Shown in pieces: positions 26,991 to 37,932 of a stretch of DNA of 64,000 nucleotides (position 1 is the stretch's first letter; every line of letters begins with the position of its first letter). Source of the stretch: a virus. The notes below the pieces were generated by a model, which worked only from the letters and a program-made list of their open reading frames with translations, searched no databases and had not been told where the DNA came from. The stretch is taken from positions 1-64,000 of the IMG/VR virus record IMGVR_UViG_3300032242_002717; one strand, written 5' to 3'. The position numbers and the translations under genes are program-made.

Positions 26991-27383
26991 ATGATCGATC
27001 CAGATAAAGTGTACGACAACGAATTAGTGAATCCTCTCTGGGATTCATTTTTTGTTCCACAAGACTACGATCACAGGCCAGAAGCATTTGCAATGATGCA
27101 GCATCTGGACGTAATCAAAAAAGTTAAAGTTAATCTATCGACTGCAATTGGAAGAATGAATAGCGATATCGTGACCAGTAATCGCATTCATCGTGAGACA
27201 GCAGTCATGACTCAATCGGAGATTGACTCTGCTCTTGCAATCGCAGAAGCCATGAAGATAGCCGAGTATGCAATTCGTGGATGGGTTGACAAAATTGTTT
27301 CTCAACTTGACCAGAAAGATTTGCGAAACAATCAGAACTCAATTCCAGTTAAACCTGCGATTCAGGCTAAGAGAACTTCATGA
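26991..27383 (+). CDS. Hypothetical protein
   Basis: ATG after terminator; coupled to the next gene. Confidence 0.55.
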   Translation: MIDPDKVYDNELVNPLWDSFFVPQDYDHRPEAFAMMQHLDVIKKVKVNLSTAIGRMNSDIVTSNRIHRETAVMTQSEIDSALAIAEAMKIAEYAIRGWVDKIVSQLDQKDLRNNQNSIPVKPAIQAKRTS

Positions 27384-28102
27384 GCAGCATGAATTCGGCG
27401 GGAACTACATACTGGGCAAATCCGACCCCACTGGCAGTATACAACTTTTGCCTGGATGAGCATATTGCGCTAAGGGTTATGGACGATTTTGTTAGAGTTA
27501 CCCCAGACTCAAACAAGCTATCGTCTGGGTATGACGGTTTTATGACGGACTCTTCGCCTTGGACCATGACTAGCCAGTCAAATAATTTTCAGTCGCTAGG
27601 TGTTGCTTCTGGTCATGTTATCTGGCTTCAAAAGCCAACAAATATTTTTGGCGCGAATGGCGATCTGTTTGCGATTGACAGCGTATCTGGCAACACGCTT
27701 ACGATGAGGGGTATAGGTAGAAAGCTTTCGGTGGGCAAGCCTCCTTGCCCTCCTGGATCGCTTTCTGCTGTTCAGTTCATTATAAAGACATTGGACCCCC
27801 AAATCGAGGAAGTCAGCTATGAGGTAATGCAAGAATATGGAATGACAATTAACCTTCCTAATCATCAACCTAGTCAGTTGATGGATCAGAGGCAACTAAG
27901 AAAATATTGCATTGAACGTGTTTTGTACTATCGCTATTTAGATATGAGCAAGCAGGCAGATTCCAACGATCTCTGGCTGCATAAGAGTAAGGTTTATGGC
28001 GAGTTTGCGGAAGAGACCGTGCGAAAGATTGAGGTAAGGTGGGGTCCAGAGGGCAACGATGAACCTCCGACCGGAAAGTATATTGGTCGCTTATCCAGGT
28101 AG
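27380..28102 (+). CDS. Probable head completion/connector protein
   Basis: Synteny only. Confidence 0.5.
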   Translation: MSSMNSAGTTYWANPTPLAVYNFCLDEHIALRVMDDFVRVTPDSNKLSSGYDGFMTDSSPWTMTSQSNNFQSLGVASGHVIWLQKPTNIFGANGDLFAIDSVSGNTLTMRGIGRKLSVGKPPCPPGSLSAVQFIIKTLDPQIEEVSYEVMQEYGMTINLPNHQPSQLMDQRQLRKYCIERVLYYRYLDMSKQADSNDLWLHKSKVYGEFAEETVRKIEVRWGPEGNDEPPTGKYIGRLSR

Positions 28103-28783
28103 AAGGTACAATCCATTGAAAGATAGTGCCAGATTCGATTCTTTGAATAGCAACCTTGATTTCTCTGAATCCTTTCTTGTCGAGTCTAGGCTTTTCCCGT
28201 TCCATAACAAACATGTCGTTGGATTGATTTTTAAGGATATTGAGACTTCAGTCGAGCGAGCTATCCACATTTCAGTAGAAGAAGCTGGACGTGTTGTAGA
28301 GTTGCTATCCGTCCTGACAGGAAACAAGCATTTGTCAAGCACAAAAGACTTGAAAATCAATAAGTCGTGCTGCGGATCTGGCCCTGACTGCAATGAGTGC
28401 AATTAGTCTTTGATTGATTACGCATGTCTTCGCAAAACTTCTCCGCGCGGATACCTTTACGGAGGATTGTCATGTCAGCATCCAAATCGAGCGGTGGCAA
28501 CCCTGTACCTAAAAGCAAAAAACATGCGAACGTAGACGCCAGGTCAAAAACTTCTCCTGCTCCATTCCACAGACGAGTTCCTTACGTTCAGCAAACCGAG
28601 CGATTAGAGGTTCTGTCGAATTTTGTTTCTGCGTTTGCTCCTGCCTTTCTTGAAGACATGCCAGCTTCCCTGGAGTGCCTTGATCCGCTTCTGGTTGTTG
28701 ACGACGATGATGTCACATCGGCCAGAAATCTCGCGTTGATTGAAGCCTTCAAGGCAATTCAAAAGATTTCGGAAGACCGATAA
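28059..28783 (+). CDS. Two hypothetical proteins (28059-28406; ~28472-28783)
   Basis: Second has GGAGGA RBS preceded by a palindrome variant. Confidence 0.5.
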
Positions 28784-28787
28784 TCTT

Positions 28788-30095
28788 ATGAGGCAACAAC
28801 TGACTGAGCAGCAGAAAAAGTCGATCATAGAAGCTGTCGAGAAGTTTGACGGAAACAAGACGCATGCCGCAAAGCATCTTGGACTTCACAGGCAGGTAAT
28901 AATAGATGTTTGCAAAGAATTGGGACAGTATTGCGAAAAATGCAACATGAAGTCAGAGTGCGATGTCTCGGAGAATGGCGACAATCGCACCGTTAGTTAT
29001 GTTTCGGATAAGATAATAAGGACCGAAAAGGAAGCAATAGAATACGCTGAAGTTGATTTGTCCATATGGCATGTCGAGAAGTGGGAGTGTAGCGGGTGGA
29101 CCGTCCCCATGAAAATAAGCATGGGGTTTGACAAAAATGGAAAGAAAAGACCGGACAAGCCAATAGTAAAACAGCAATGGAAGGTCAAGCTTTATCTCAA
29201 AAGGATTTTTCCTAAAGCTTTCATTGAAGCATCCCAGATTCTTTTTGACAGGCTTTCAAAAAAGTCGCCCAGATATCAAACTCCGGCTTTTTCTATAAGC
29301 AAAAACCACATGATGGTTTTTGATCCTTATGACGTTCATTTCGGCAAGCTTGCCTGGGCACCAGAGACTAGCAGCGAATACAATATTGGGATTGCAAGAG
29401 AATCCTTGATTAGCTCCGCCAAAACATTTGTGGATAGGTGTAAGGCTTTCCCTCTAGATATGGTTGTAATATTTATAGGACAGGATTTCTTTCACGTTGA
29501 CAACAATTTCAATACGACCACGGCAGGAACTCCGCAAGATGTTGATGGTAGGTACGCTCAAATAATCGTTGCTGGCGAAGAAGCAATGATTGAGTCCGTA
29601 GAAATATTCAGAAAGATATCGCTCGTCAAATTGTATACAATTCCTGGAAACCATGACTGTTTATCGAGTTTCCATTTGACAAGAACCCTGAAGGCTTATT
29701 TCAGAAATTCGGAGAATGTCATAGTAGATGATTCTCCTTGTCCTAGAAAATATGTCAGATATGGAACAAACTTGATTGGCTGCACTCATGGTAATGAAGA
29801 AAAGCATTCAGACCTACCGATCATTATGGCTGTAGAAAGAAATGATTTCGGCTCAGCGACATGTCGAGAATGGCATCTTGGTCATTTGCACAAAAGCAAA
29901 AGAACACAGACTACTAATGTGGATCAATTCAACGGCGTAACAGTAAGGATACTTCAATCCCTCTCTGGTACTGACGCCTGGCATCACAGAAAAGGATATG
30001 TTGGCGGAACCAGAGCGGCGGAAGCTCTCGTGTACAGCAAAGATGGCGGACACGAAGCAACATTTGTGGCAAGAGCAAAAGATTTTAGGTCTTAG
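28788..30095 (+). CDS. Calcineurin-like metallophosphoesterase with N-terminal HTH
   Basis: DVHFG, GQDFFH, GNHD, THG, GHLH; GNKTHAAKHLGL HTH. Confidence 0.85.
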   Translation: MRQQLTEQQKKSIIEAVEKFDGNKTHAAKHLGLHRQVIIDVCKELGQYCEKCNMKSECDVSENGDNRTVSYVSDKIIRTEKEAIEYAEVDLSIWHVEKWECSGWTVPMKISMGFDKNGKKRPDKPIVKQQWKVKLYLKRIFPKAFIEASQILFDRLSKKSPRYQTPAFSISKNHMMVFDPYDVHFGKLAWAPETSSEYNIGIARESLISSAKTFVDRCKAFPLDMVVIFIGQDFFHVDNNFNTTTAGTPQDVDGRYAQIIVAGEEAMIESVEIFRKISLVKLYTIPGNHDCLSSFHLTRTLKAYFRNSENVIVDDSPCPRKYVRYGTNLIGCTHGNEEKHSDLPIIMAVERNDFGSATCREWHLGHLHKSKRTQTTNVDQFNGVTVRILQSLSGTDAWHHRKGYVGGTRAAEALVYSKDGGHEATFVARAKDFRS

Positions 30096-30113
30096 ATATA
30101 AGGAAAATGATCA

Positions 30114-31280
30114 ATGGCTCTCTTGTCTCCTCAGCAGGGCGAACAGCAGTTGATGAATGACCTGCTTTCGTCTGGCGAGAACTGGATTTTGAAGCTTTAC
30201 ACTAGCGGACAAACTCCAAGTTCAACCGATACTCCGGCTACATATACTGAAGTTAATTCCACCACAAACTCATGGTACTCCTCGAAAACCATAACCAGAA
30301 CTGTCACGGCTTCCACTTGGAGCAGCCCGACACTGGCAACGCCATCTGTTTCTTATTACAACTCGGGGTCTGGGGTTGTGTGGAGCGCGACCACTGCTGT
30401 GACTTTGACTGGGTATTTTGTGGTCGGAAACACAAGCGGAAAGCTGATTTTTGCTGAAAAGTTTGCAAGCAGCATTGGGCTTGTTAATCCTTCAACTTTT
30501 ACTCTCTATCCACAGTTCTCTTTGACTTGAGGCTTGACATGCGTCTTAAATCTGGCGACTGGGTTTCTTTTCTTCCTCCCATGGAAGGATCTCACGTTGT
30601 TGACGGAAGGACAGTAGGCATTTACGTCCATGGATACACAGATTCTCTTGGGCAAGAAGTTCAAGAGCATGTCCAGGTGGTTCAGGACGATGGAACAGAC
30701 CTTGTTGTTCTTAAAGAAAAACGTGCTGTGTCTGTTGCAGTCAGAGTCGAAGACGCCATCGACCTTCAGATGGTTACTGACATTAAGTTTGTTCCAGAGC
30801 CAAGGCGACCTGCTGCTGATTTTGTTTTTCGTTCAGTCTGACATTTCACTTTCACACCAAAAGATGTGTTGCGATTTGGTTTGACATCTAGCCGCTGCTG
30901 ACCAAGCCACAGGATGTCGCAAAATTAAGGAGAGCGAAGTGGCAGATGCAGTTAATCCGCAACTTGTGACGTGGGCGAACGGCAGGGTCAGAACCCTCGC
31001 GGACGCACTTAAGTCTTTAGAACTGACCATAGCGTCATATCAGGCTGATTACAACTCCCAGGGCCTGGCCGCTGTCATTACGGCAGCAGGGCCAGCCAAC
31101 AACATCGCCGATGGCTACACCGTCGATGGGCGGCAACCTATCACCGGAAATCAAATTTTGAGTTTTAACGCTTGTCTGACTCAAATCCAGACAGCGATTA
31201 CAACGACCGTGGTTTCAGGCGTAGGAAGTCCGCCTTCTCCAATTGTGTCGGCAATTCAGGTTAATGGAAGCAAGAGGTGA
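30114..31280 (+). CDS. Three small probable virion genes (30114-30530, 30527-30841, 30939-31280)
   Basis: S/T-rich beta proteins in the structural region. Confidence 0.55.
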
Positions 31281-31287
31281 CATCTAG

Positions 31288-32646
31288 ATGGCCTACCTCG
31301 ACCTCTACGTTCGCACCGGTGGCAGCAACCTGAACGCCGGGACCACGGACACAGACAGCCCCAGCATCACGGCCACGTGTACCTACAATGACTCCGGCTC
31401 TGGCCAGGTGACGTTTACGGCCAGCAGTGGTACGCCGTTTAGCGGGGCATCCGTGGGCCAATGGGCGTCGATCCTGAGCGGGGGCGAAACACTCCCAAGC
31501 GGCACCTCGTTTATCAGCCAAATATCCGCAATTGGTGGCAGCGGCGCATCAATTACCGTTTATACCGAAAACGGCCAAAGCGCGGTTAAGACATTTTTCG
31601 GTCAGTTTTCTAACACCAATAACGGAGTCTTCGGGCCATCCGGCACCGTCACAGTGCGAGTGGGCGGGGCGTGGGGTTCAATTGTGCCGCTAACCACAGG
31701 AGCGAGTGGCGGCAGTACAGGCCCCAACACGCTCTCCTACGCCGGATCTATCTACAGCATTCGCGTGAACGTCAAGAGCGGGACGTACAGCAGCTCGACA
31801 TCGCTCACGCTGGCGACACCTCCCACCGCTGGCAAGCCTCTGTTCATTCGTGGCTACGCCACCACAGCGGGCGACCTCGACAACGTCGCCAACCCTGGCA
31901 CGCATCCAGTCCTATCATTCAGCAGCACGGCAAATCTAACCATTCCAAACTACACACGATTAGAAAATATCGATATCACGGCAACTGGCACGGCAAATCC
32001 TTTGATATCTGTGACTTCGTTAGGCGTAATGATGACTCGCTGTCGAGTCACAGCGACCGGTGCGGCACTTACAATATCGGGCACTGCTCCTGGCTTTAAT
32101 GCGTGGGCCTGTTATTTTACTACTACATCAACAACAGTGGCTCTAGTCAACTGTAACACCAATAATAATCTTCCGACATTTAATCAGTGTGTGTTCCAAG
32201 GCGGTTTGTATAACGTATCTATGGCTTACAACGGAAGCTTCAATGAATGCTTGTTTAGAAACTCGTCTTCGCATCTGGTGTATTGCACTCAAATTGGAAT
32301 GATATCTCAGTTCTACAGATGTACGTTCTATAACAGCGGAGCATCGTCTGATGCCATCAATTTGGGCGGAACAAATGCTCAGTATCTTACAGTTGCGTAT
32401 TGTATATTTGCCAATATTTCACGTTACGCAATAAACGTAACGGACACGGCTTTTGTGGGATGTCGGATCATAGGCCCAGACTATTACAGTATTACAAGCG
32501 GTCAGCTTAATGGAGTCTACGAAAGCTACCAGCACGCTGCCACTACCGAAACCGCAAGCCCGTTTACTTCTGCCAGCGGAAACGACTTTACGCTTGTGAC
32601 TAATTCCTCTGCTGCCTCGCAGAGCTTTACGTTCGAGATGCCATAA
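31288..32646 (+). CDS. Beta-helix (pectin lyase-like) virion/receptor-binding protein
   Basis: YVRTGGSNLNAG start; CxF..N repeats; S/T/G-rich. Confidence 0.65.
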   Translation: MAYLDLYVRTGGSNLNAGTTDTDSPSITATCTYNDSGSGQVTFTASSGTPFSGASVGQWASILSGGETLPSGTSFISQISAIGGSGASITVYTENGQSAVKTFFGQFSNTNNGVFGPSGTVTVRVGGAWGSIVPLTTGASGGSTGPNTLSYAGSIYSIRVNVKSGTYSSSTSLTLATPPTAGKPLFIRGYATTAGDLDNVANPGTHPVLSFSSTANLTIPNYTRLENIDITATGTANPLISVTSLGVMMTRCRVTATGAALTISGTAPGFNAWACYFTTTSTTVALVNCNTNNNLPTFNQCVFQGGLYNVSMAYNGSFNECLFRNSSSHLVYCTQIGMISQFYRCTFYNSGASSDAINLGGTNAQYLTVAYCIFANISRYAINVTDTAFVGCRIIGPDYYSITSGQLNGVYESYQHAATTETASPFTSASGNDFTLVTNSSAASQSFTFEMP

Positions 32647-34122
32647 GTGCCAACGCTGACAAGCTATCGATCTTCTGGTTGCTTTCAGCTTGGTTCAAGC
32701 TCAAGGATGCGTGTTTCCTACGCGAGTCCAGGGCCAATACAGCCAGCAATAGTTTTGGCTTTTAGTGCAAACGCGAGCGGTGGCATTTCCGTGTCTGGTT
32801 CCGCGAGTGGACTTCTTGGCCTAAGCGTAGCCGGGACCGGAGGCGTAGTATCTAGTGGCTTGGCTTCGACTTCTTTTGGTTTTATCGTAAGCGCAACTGG
32901 CGGACTGCAAGCATCAGGATTGTCTTCTTATTTGTTCGATGCTAGCGTGTCGAGTGTCGGAGGATTGACGACCGGAGGATCGAGTTCGACGCTATTCGGA
33001 ATTATCGCAAACTCAAGCGGTGGCGTGCAAGTATCCGGTTCTTCTAATGCTATCTTGGGTCTTGCTTACTCGACGACCGGAGGATTAACCACTGGGGGGT
33101 CTTCTTCATATTTTGCGACGTTCATCGCAAACTCAAGCGGTGGCGTGCAAGTATCCGGTTCTAGCACAGGCATTTTTGGAATTGCTTACTCGGGAGTTGG
33201 TGGAGTAACAGCCGGAGGATTATCGGCAGCGATTGCGGTTATTGGGTACACTGGAATCGGCGGATTAAAGGTCTCGGGTTCTTCTGGTTACTCAATCCAG
33301 TTAGCGGCAATCTCATCTGGAGGCGTATCGGCATCAGGAACTGCATCCTACTTGGTAACTTTTTCATTTCTTGCTACTGGAAATTTGACGGTTTCTGGAT
33401 ATGGAATACCATTATTGTCGTTTTATCAAAGTTGCGGAGGAGGGGTTTACGTCTCTGGTTCTGCAAACAACTCTATAGGATTTAAAAACTACTCAACGGG
33501 ATCTATTGTAGTATCTGGTACGAGCAAAGCATTTTCCGCAAATCTGTATTTCCAGTATTATTCTTCGTACGCAAAACCTGCTGTCGGAGGCATTCCATTG
33601 GTCCGTAGAAATCAACAGATAACAAACCTGCCAATTGGCAGGTTTATATCGACATCGACTGGACAAGAGGTGACTGCCGGAGTTGTCGCCGCGACATTTT
33701 ATTCTGGAGGCAACTCTGGACCGATCACCGGCCTGGCTTCTTACAATTCAAGCGGTGGGACATGGGTGTGGAACACTATTGATGCGTCAGTTATGAACTC
33801 TGAATTAGTTGGTCTTTCATTTACACTTCAAGGCTGCATCCCAATTTTCCATTTGCTTTCTACAGAAGTAAATACTTATGTTTCGTCACAAGTGTCATCT
33901 GGATTGATAAATACTACCTCATTTGCAGGCGACTCTCTGCTTTCAACGCAGGCGGGCTTCTACGCAGGATCTGTTTTGCTCTTTACGAGCGGGAATCTTT
34001 CAGGAATATCTAGACGAATTACAAATTACGATGGGATAACAAAGACTTTTACCTTTGCAACATCTTGGCCTTCAATTCCCTCATTGCAAGACCAATTTAT
34101 TATAATGGGGCGAATAGAATGA
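32647..34122 (+). CDS. Gly/Ser-rich 20-aa-repeat virion protein
   Basis: Periodic GG..(V/T)SG.S; 39-bp exact repeat at 33004 and 33124. Confidence 0.65.
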   Translation: MPTLTSYRSSGCFQLGSSSRMRVSYASPGPIQPAIVLAFSANASGGISVSGSASGLLGLSVAGTGGVVSSGLASTSFGFIVSATGGLQASGLSSYLFDASVSSVGGLTTGGSSSTLFGIIANSSGGVQVSGSSNAILGLAYSTTGGLTTGGSSSYFATFIANSSGGVQVSGSSTGIFGIAYSGVGGVTAGGLSAAIAVIGYTGIGGLKVSGSSGYSIQLAAISSGGVSASGTASYLVTFSFLATGNLTVSGYGIPLLSFYQSCGGGVYVSGSANNSIGFKNYSTGSIVVSGTSKAFSANLYFQYYSSYAKPAVGGIPLVRRNQQITNLPIGRFISTSTGQEVTAGVVAATFYSGGNSGPITGLASYNSSGGTWVWNTIDASVMNSELVGLSFTLQGCIPIFHLLSTEVNTYVSSQVSSGLINTTSFAGDSLLSTQAGFYAGSVLLFTSGNLSGISRRITNYDGITKTFTFATSWPSIPSLQDQFIIMGRIE

Positions 34123-36318
34123 TAAGGCCGACAAACCCAAACTTTTGGAATATTTCCAGGAAATTGAAGGGGCCGTTTAAAGACACCGATGCTTTTTATG
34201 GCACTGACTATGGGTTTGGTTTGGTTGAGTTGTTGAGCCTAACTGGAGAGTTCGATTCTATTGCAGTAGGAAGAAAAGAGCAGCAGTCTTGGCTGTCTTC
34301 GGAGCATCGCATTTCTGCCGTGTTTGAAATCAAAGGTTGTTCTTATCGAAATGACGGTAGTCAAGACACAAGAATACGAGTTGTTCCTTATTCGTTAGCA
34401 ATAGAGTATCACGAGAATTGGCAGGATGCCGCTTACAGGAAACTGGATATGCTGGAAAGTTTGGTAATGAACATACTTATGGACAAATCAAACAGATCTT
34501 ATGGCGGATTCACATTGGAGTGGATGTCAAGAATTGGCAGCGGGAAACAAATAAGATATTCGGTTCCATCGAAAATAAGACAGTTGGATGGCGAGTTTGG
34601 CTATAGAGTACCAAAAACAATTTCGGAAGTGTCGTTGTCATACTCTTGAGAGGTGAAAATGTCTCTTTACAGGAATGTAGCAGGCCAGATGGCGGTCGTT
34701 TACGCTTCAGACAGTTCTGGGCCAAAGCTTGGCGACGCTGCAAACATTTCGCTCTATATTAGCAAGGATGCGGGAGTTCCTCAGCTTGCTTCGACTCCAT
34801 CTCCGACCGAGATCGGTGGCGGCTACTACGCACTAACTTTTAGTCAAAACGAGAGTAACGCATCTATTGTGGTTTTTTATGGCTCATCAACAACTTCTGG
34901 CGTTAAAGTGCAGGGCGGCAAAGAATACACAGTTGATCCCATATCTCCAATCTCTGGAACCATATCGACATCATCAATAAGCACTTTTAGCTTTTGTGGA
35001 AACTCTGGACTTCAGCAGATAGATCAATTTTATCAGGGAATGTGCCTTGTGTTTACTTCTGGACTTTTGGCTGGAGTCGCAAGAAGGATTACGGCATACG
35101 CTGGACTCACAAGGACGTTCACGTTCGCAAAGCCTTGGCCAGCAACAGCCTCGCCTGGAGATTCTTTTGCTATTGTCGGACTGATAGACTTGCCATAATA
35201 AAGAGCAATTCAATGCTTTACGGAACGAACAAGTCGTTGCTATGGTTCTTAGGAAGGCAGTCGTCTCCATTGCCTTCCAAGGTTGATGCTAGGTGGTTAT
35301 TTAAGTCTTGCTGGTACTACGGAAAACACCCGTCTTCTCTTCAATGGAAATACTCAGATAGAGACGCATTCTATGGGACAGACATTGGACTTGGCATTAT
35401 AAAGATTCTGGAACTTACTGGCCAATTTGATGAAGTGATTCTTACGCCAAAGCCAGTAGTGTCTCGTTCGACATTGGACAATTATGTTGTCGCAATGGTA
35501 ATACCTATGCCTGTGAAACAAGTACAAGACGGATCTCCTCAAGTTTCTCTAAGATCTGTTTCGTATTCAATTGTAATTGAAGCGATAATTCCTACTCCAG
35601 AAGATTCTGCACAAGAGCTTGATAGACTTGAGAGTGTTGTCCTGAATTCTTTGCTTGGAGGTATTTCTTATGGAGGATTTACTTACTCTTGGAAATCTAC
35701 AATTCAAAGAAACGACTATGCTTCGGGATTAGATCCAGCCAGGCAAAGATGGCTATCTGGTGTTTTTTCTTATACTTATTATTCTAAAGAAGGGCAATCT
35801 GAGAAAATAACATGGCAACGCTAAACGAACTCCCTGTGGCACCAGAAGAGACTGTATTCAACGGTTTGCTGTCAATCTTAAGAAGCAACCCAGATTTACA
35901 GAAAGCAAACGTAAAGATATTTTCTCTTTCTAATGGAGCAGAGAATACTCCTGCTGTTCAGCCGATCCCGTCTCCAGACCTAATGCCGGTGATTCGAGTT
36001 CGATGCGGCTCTTATCCAATGGCACAATGGACCGAACACCAGCATCGTGGCGTATGGACAATTTACCTTGAAATGTTTGTTGCGGGATTGGATGAAACGG
36101 ACATGCTTAGGCTGTTCAGTGCAGTGAGGCACGCATTAAGGCCAGCCGTAAAGTACGGAACCGATGACGTTAGGCCAAGAATGGACCCAAATTCCAGCAT
36201 TGTTCAACATGCTGAATTCGGCGGAGGCAGCAACGATATCGTTGCAGTCGGAGAGGGTGTTTATGCGATCAAATCGATTGCAACCTTCAGGATAAAGATT
36301 CAAGTCAATGCGGCTTGA
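34119..36318 (+). CDS. Four tail/neck completion-type genes (34119-34649, 34653-35198, ~35213-35824, 35812-36318)
   Basis: Synteny before the tail tube; internal paralogy. Confidence 0.55.
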
Positions 36319-36360
36319 TTTTAAGCTGTCTCCGCGCGGAGACCTTCAAGGAGATTTAAA

Positions 36361-37284
36361 ATGGCAGTTGTAGGAAGTTGCATTTATGCGAGGTGGTATC
36401 TTGAGGGTGCTTCTTACTGGGGTTCGTATCCAAGCCCAGTGACATCTTCATTCTATACGGTGTTCACTGAAGCCGGTTCAATGACGATGGATACAAACCC
36501 ACAGCCTTTTACAATCAATACGGCAGGCTGTGGCATTTTAACTCACAAGTGGAAAAAGTTTGTCAAGCGAAAGTCCGTTGCAGGTTCGCTAAAAACTCCC
36601 ATTTGGCCGAGCCAGTCTCAATTGATCGCGTTTGCTACTACTCCACAGTTAGTTGGTGGTCGCTATCAGCTTCCTTCCTATACTGTTGACATGTTTGACG
36701 GATTTGAGATTCGTCGTTTTACTGGCGTTAGAGTAACAAGTGCTACTTTTACGTCTGACGACTCGTCAGACATGCTAATGGGTTCATTTACCTTGATTGG
36801 AAAGCAGGAAGTGACACCTCCTGGAACCTTGACGGCTCCCAACCCAGGCACGGATTTCCCTATTGAGATCCCATACACGCATTATGACTCGTCTGGCTAC
36901 ATTACAGTGGGCGGCACTGTGATTAGCGGATACAAGAGCGTAGAACTAAAGGTTGACAACACGCTCCATATGCCCTTTCTTGATGGCGTGTGGATCAATC
37001 GAGCCAATCTAGCGCAGAGGGCAACGTCATGGCAAGTCGTGCTTTCAAAAGAAAACACGACTTATCGTCAAGCGTTTACAAACCAGACTGTCACCGCATC
37101 TTGCCTTCTGAAGTACACTCATCCGAACGGCACAAATAGTGTCACGTTCAACCTTCAGAACGCAGATTACCTCGAAAGTTATTCTGTTGATCGAAACTGG
37201 GACAGCGACCAGTATGAAACGCTTTCGTTCCAAAGCTTCCTTGACCCGACCTCGGCTACAGATCTTGCCGTTACTATCGTTTGA
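36361..37284 (+). CDS. Major tail tube protein
   Basis: AAGGAG RBS; RRFTGVRVTSATF beta pattern; terminator follows; upstream of tape measure. Confidence 0.7.
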   Translation: MAVVGSCIYARWYLEGASYWGSYPSPVTSSFYTVFTEAGSMTMDTNPQPFTINTAGCGILTHKWKKFVKRKSVAGSLKTPIWPSQSQLIAFATTPQLVGGRYQLPSYTVDMFDGFEIRRFTGVRVTSATFTSDDSSDMLMGSFTLIGKQEVTPPGTLTAPNPGTDFPIEIPYTHYDSSGYITVGGTVISGYKSVELKVDNTLHMPFLDGVWINRANLAQRATSWQVVLSKENTTYRQAFTNQTVTASCLLKYTHPNGTNSVTFNLQNADYLESYSVDRNWDSDQYETLSFQSFLDPTSATDLAVTIV

Positions 37285-37312
37285 CGGTGGATTCTCGCAA
37301 TAGCATTCCTTC

Positions 37313-37364
37313 GCGGGGTTCTTTGGGGTCTTTGGCCAGAACCCAAGGAACCCCGCTTTATTTT
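37313..37364 (+). terminator. Terminator hairpin after the tail tube gene
   Basis: GCGGGGTTCTTTGGG / CCCAAGGAACCCCGC then TTTATTTT. Confidence 0.7.
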
Positions 37365-37377
37365 AAGGAGGTGCAAA

Positions 37378-37932
37378 TTGATAAATTTCAGTCTTCATTA
37401 CGACAAGCAATTGTCTGCTCTGTCTGTTGGAATAGCTAGTGCTGACTTTGATCTGTTGTCGCTTGCTAACAAGCTTGCAGTAATCATGATAGAGGAAAAC
37501 AAAAACGCAAGACTTGCAAGTATAGACAAAGATGGAAATCCTCTTAGTGAAATTGTTTTATCCACGATTGCCAGAAGAAAAAGAGCCAACAAAGGCAACG
37601 GTCCTCCTTTGATACCTGATTACATGAAGTCTAGGCTAATAGATACTGCCGAACCTGAAATCAATTTAATTTCAGATGACCATATTCAAATAATACTGCA
37701 TTGGCCTGGAGCGGAACCTTGGCTAAAATACCATAAGACCGAATGTAAGACTCGAAATGGTATTCCATTTAAATCTGGCCAGCCAAGACCAGTTAGAGAT
37801 ATTGTCGGCATGGACAAAGGGTGGATCGAAAAGATTCGCCAAGAGGCCATCAAAGAAATTCAAAGCAGTGCCGCCAGCGGTTCTCCCGCACACGCCGGAC
37901 TTCCTAATGGGCTGATCGAGGAGTTGATTTAA
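37378..37932 (+). CDS. Virion morphogenesis/neck-type protein
   Basis: AAGGAGG RBS; STIARRK...KYH...PVRDIVG. Confidence 0.55.
   Translation: MINFSLHYDKQLSALSVGIASADFDLLSLANKLAVIMIEENKNARLASIDKDGNPLSEIVLSTIARRKRANKGNGPPLIPDYMKSRLIDTAEPEINLISDDHIQIILHWPGAEPWLKYHKTECKTRNGIPFKSGQPRPVRDIVGMDKGWIEKIRQEAIKEIQSSAASGSPAHAGLPNGLIEELI

Noticed and set aside
37285-37932. Tail assembly chaperone frameshift pair
   Set aside because: Only one ORF between tube and tape measure, with no evident slippery site
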